Positions 35,607 through 36,456 of a stretch of 36,456 nucleotides of DNA are shown here, in pieces. The translations under genes were made by a program, and so were the position numbers. The notes below the pieces were generated by a model. It was not told the origin of the DNA and made no database searches. It saw only the letters and a program-made list of their open reading frames with translations. The first letter of the stretch is position 1. Each line of letters begins with the position of its first letter. The stretch comes from a virus (lineage: Duplodnaviria > Caudoviricetes), in the IMG/VR virus record IMGVR_UViG_3300020403_000036, positions 1 through 36,456 of that record. One strand, 5' to 3'.

Positions 35607-35866
35607 GTGAACTGAAGGATTACAAACCCGAAACAGTGAGAAAACACTGGACCGACAAAGTAAAGAAGGCTTTGATTGGCAAAACAATTACAGACGTACA
35701 ATATATGTCAGACCAAGAGGTTGAAGATAATATGTGGTACAAAACACCTGTTGCCATACAACTCGATAACAAGCATTGGCTCGTGCCTATAGCAGATGAT
35801 GAAGGTAATGATGGTGGCAGTGTGTACACAAACATCAAGGGAATAGAAATAATACCAGTGCTATGA
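35603..35866 (+). CDS. Phage protein (DDEGNDGG motif), 87 aa
   Basis: Overlap-coupled ORF. Confidence 0.7.
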   Translation: MSELKDYKPETVRKHWTDKVKKALIGKTITDVQYMSDQEVEDNMWYKTPVAIQLDNKHWLVPIADDEGNDGGSVYTNIKGIEIIPVL

Positions 35867-35967
35867 TAAGTAATTGTTGTAGTGCACCACCATCATACTT
35901 CAGTGATGAGTTATGTGGTGCTTGCCTAGAGTGGGCAGAGTTTGAAGATGAAGATAATTTAAATTAA
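35863..35967 (+). CDS. Small Zn-binding peptide (SNCC...CxxC), 34 aa (below cutoff)
   Basis: MISNCCSAPPSYFSDELCGACLEWAEFEDEDNLN; ATGA overlap. Confidence 0.6.
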   Translation: MISNCCSAPPSYFSDELCGACLEWAEFEDEDNLN

Positions 35968-35974
35968 ATAGATA

Positions 35975-36175
35975 ATGAAAGTAATAATTAAAACAATAGA
36001 TGGTTCAAGGACCATTGAGGACATGAGACACAAGATACAGTCTTGTGCTGACACAGTACTAGACAACTTAGAACTTATGCAGTATGTCTATGATGAGTTT
36101 GGACACGACTTAGATGTTCACGATGCCGAAAGGCTCACTAATATAGTATATCAACAAATTAAATATAGAATGTAA
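35975..36175 (+). CDS. Hypothetical protein, 66 aa
   Basis: Packed ORF. Confidence 0.65.
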   Translation: MKVIIKTIDGSRTIEDMRHKIQSCADTVLDNLELMQYVYDEFGHDLDVHDAERLTNIVYQQIKYRM

Positions 36176-36177
36176 TT

Positions 36178-36456
36178 ATGCCAAATCATGTATATAATTC
36201 TATCTCGGTTGAAGAAAAGTATGCCGAGAAGCTAGCAGAGATTGCTAAGGTAGGGCTATGTAGATACTACAAGCCAATGCCTGATGACTTGCAGGGGACA
36301 ACCAGTCCTCAGCGTATTCCTGAGACAATATCTCAGCAACAATATGATATCCTCATGGAGAAGTATGGCTGTACCGATTGGTACGAGTGGGCTAATCGTG
36401 AGTGGGGTACAAAGTGGGGTGCTTATGATAACAACAGTGAGGACCGACTTTACACC
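36178..36456 (+). CDS. DUF1281/YubB-like protein, truncated by the window edge
   Basis: MPNHVYN start and DWYEWANREWGTKW motif. Confidence 0.7.
   Translation, partial: MPNHVYNSISVEEKYAEKLAEIAKVGLCRYYKPMPDDLQGTTSPQRIPETISQQQYDILMEKYGCTDWYEWANREWGTKWGAYDNNSEDRLYT

Noticed and set aside
32660-36300. Other CTGATGA heptamers (near 32667 and 36282) as further hammerheads
   Set aside because: Inside coding frames and lacking the stem II-GAAA-stem III arrangement.
1-36456. Stop-codon reassignment or a diversity-generating retroelement, as in some crAss-like phages
   Set aside because: Genes are full length and tightly packed under the standard code; no reverse transcriptase or template/variable repeat pair was seen in this window.

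Overview
Fragment of a tailed dsDNA phage genome. The host is almost certainly Bacteroidota (probably Flavobacteriia), based on repeated TAnnTTTG promoters and a crAss/phi14:2-like structural gene order. Bases 1-28379 hold a mostly minus-strand late arm: groEL-groES, a cluster of tiny Lys/Arg-rich ORFs, tail spike and fibre genes, a secreted beta-barrel/thioredoxin-like cassette, an M15 endolysin and holin, a tandem GroES-like protein, then terminase, portal, scaffold, major capsid, tail ring proteins and a >1700-aa tail protein that runs off the left edge. Bases 28380-30073 are a 1.7-kb non-coding strand switch. It contains an array of IHF-consensus palindromes, then a promoter and boxA-like element leading into a ~560-nt hairpin-dense candidate large ncRNA. 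Bases 30074-36456 hold plus-strand early-type small genes, with a canonical type I hammerhead ribozyme overlapping the first stop codon and an amidoligase plus GATase-GGCT gene pair. All family calls come from reading motifs by eye; no database search was run.
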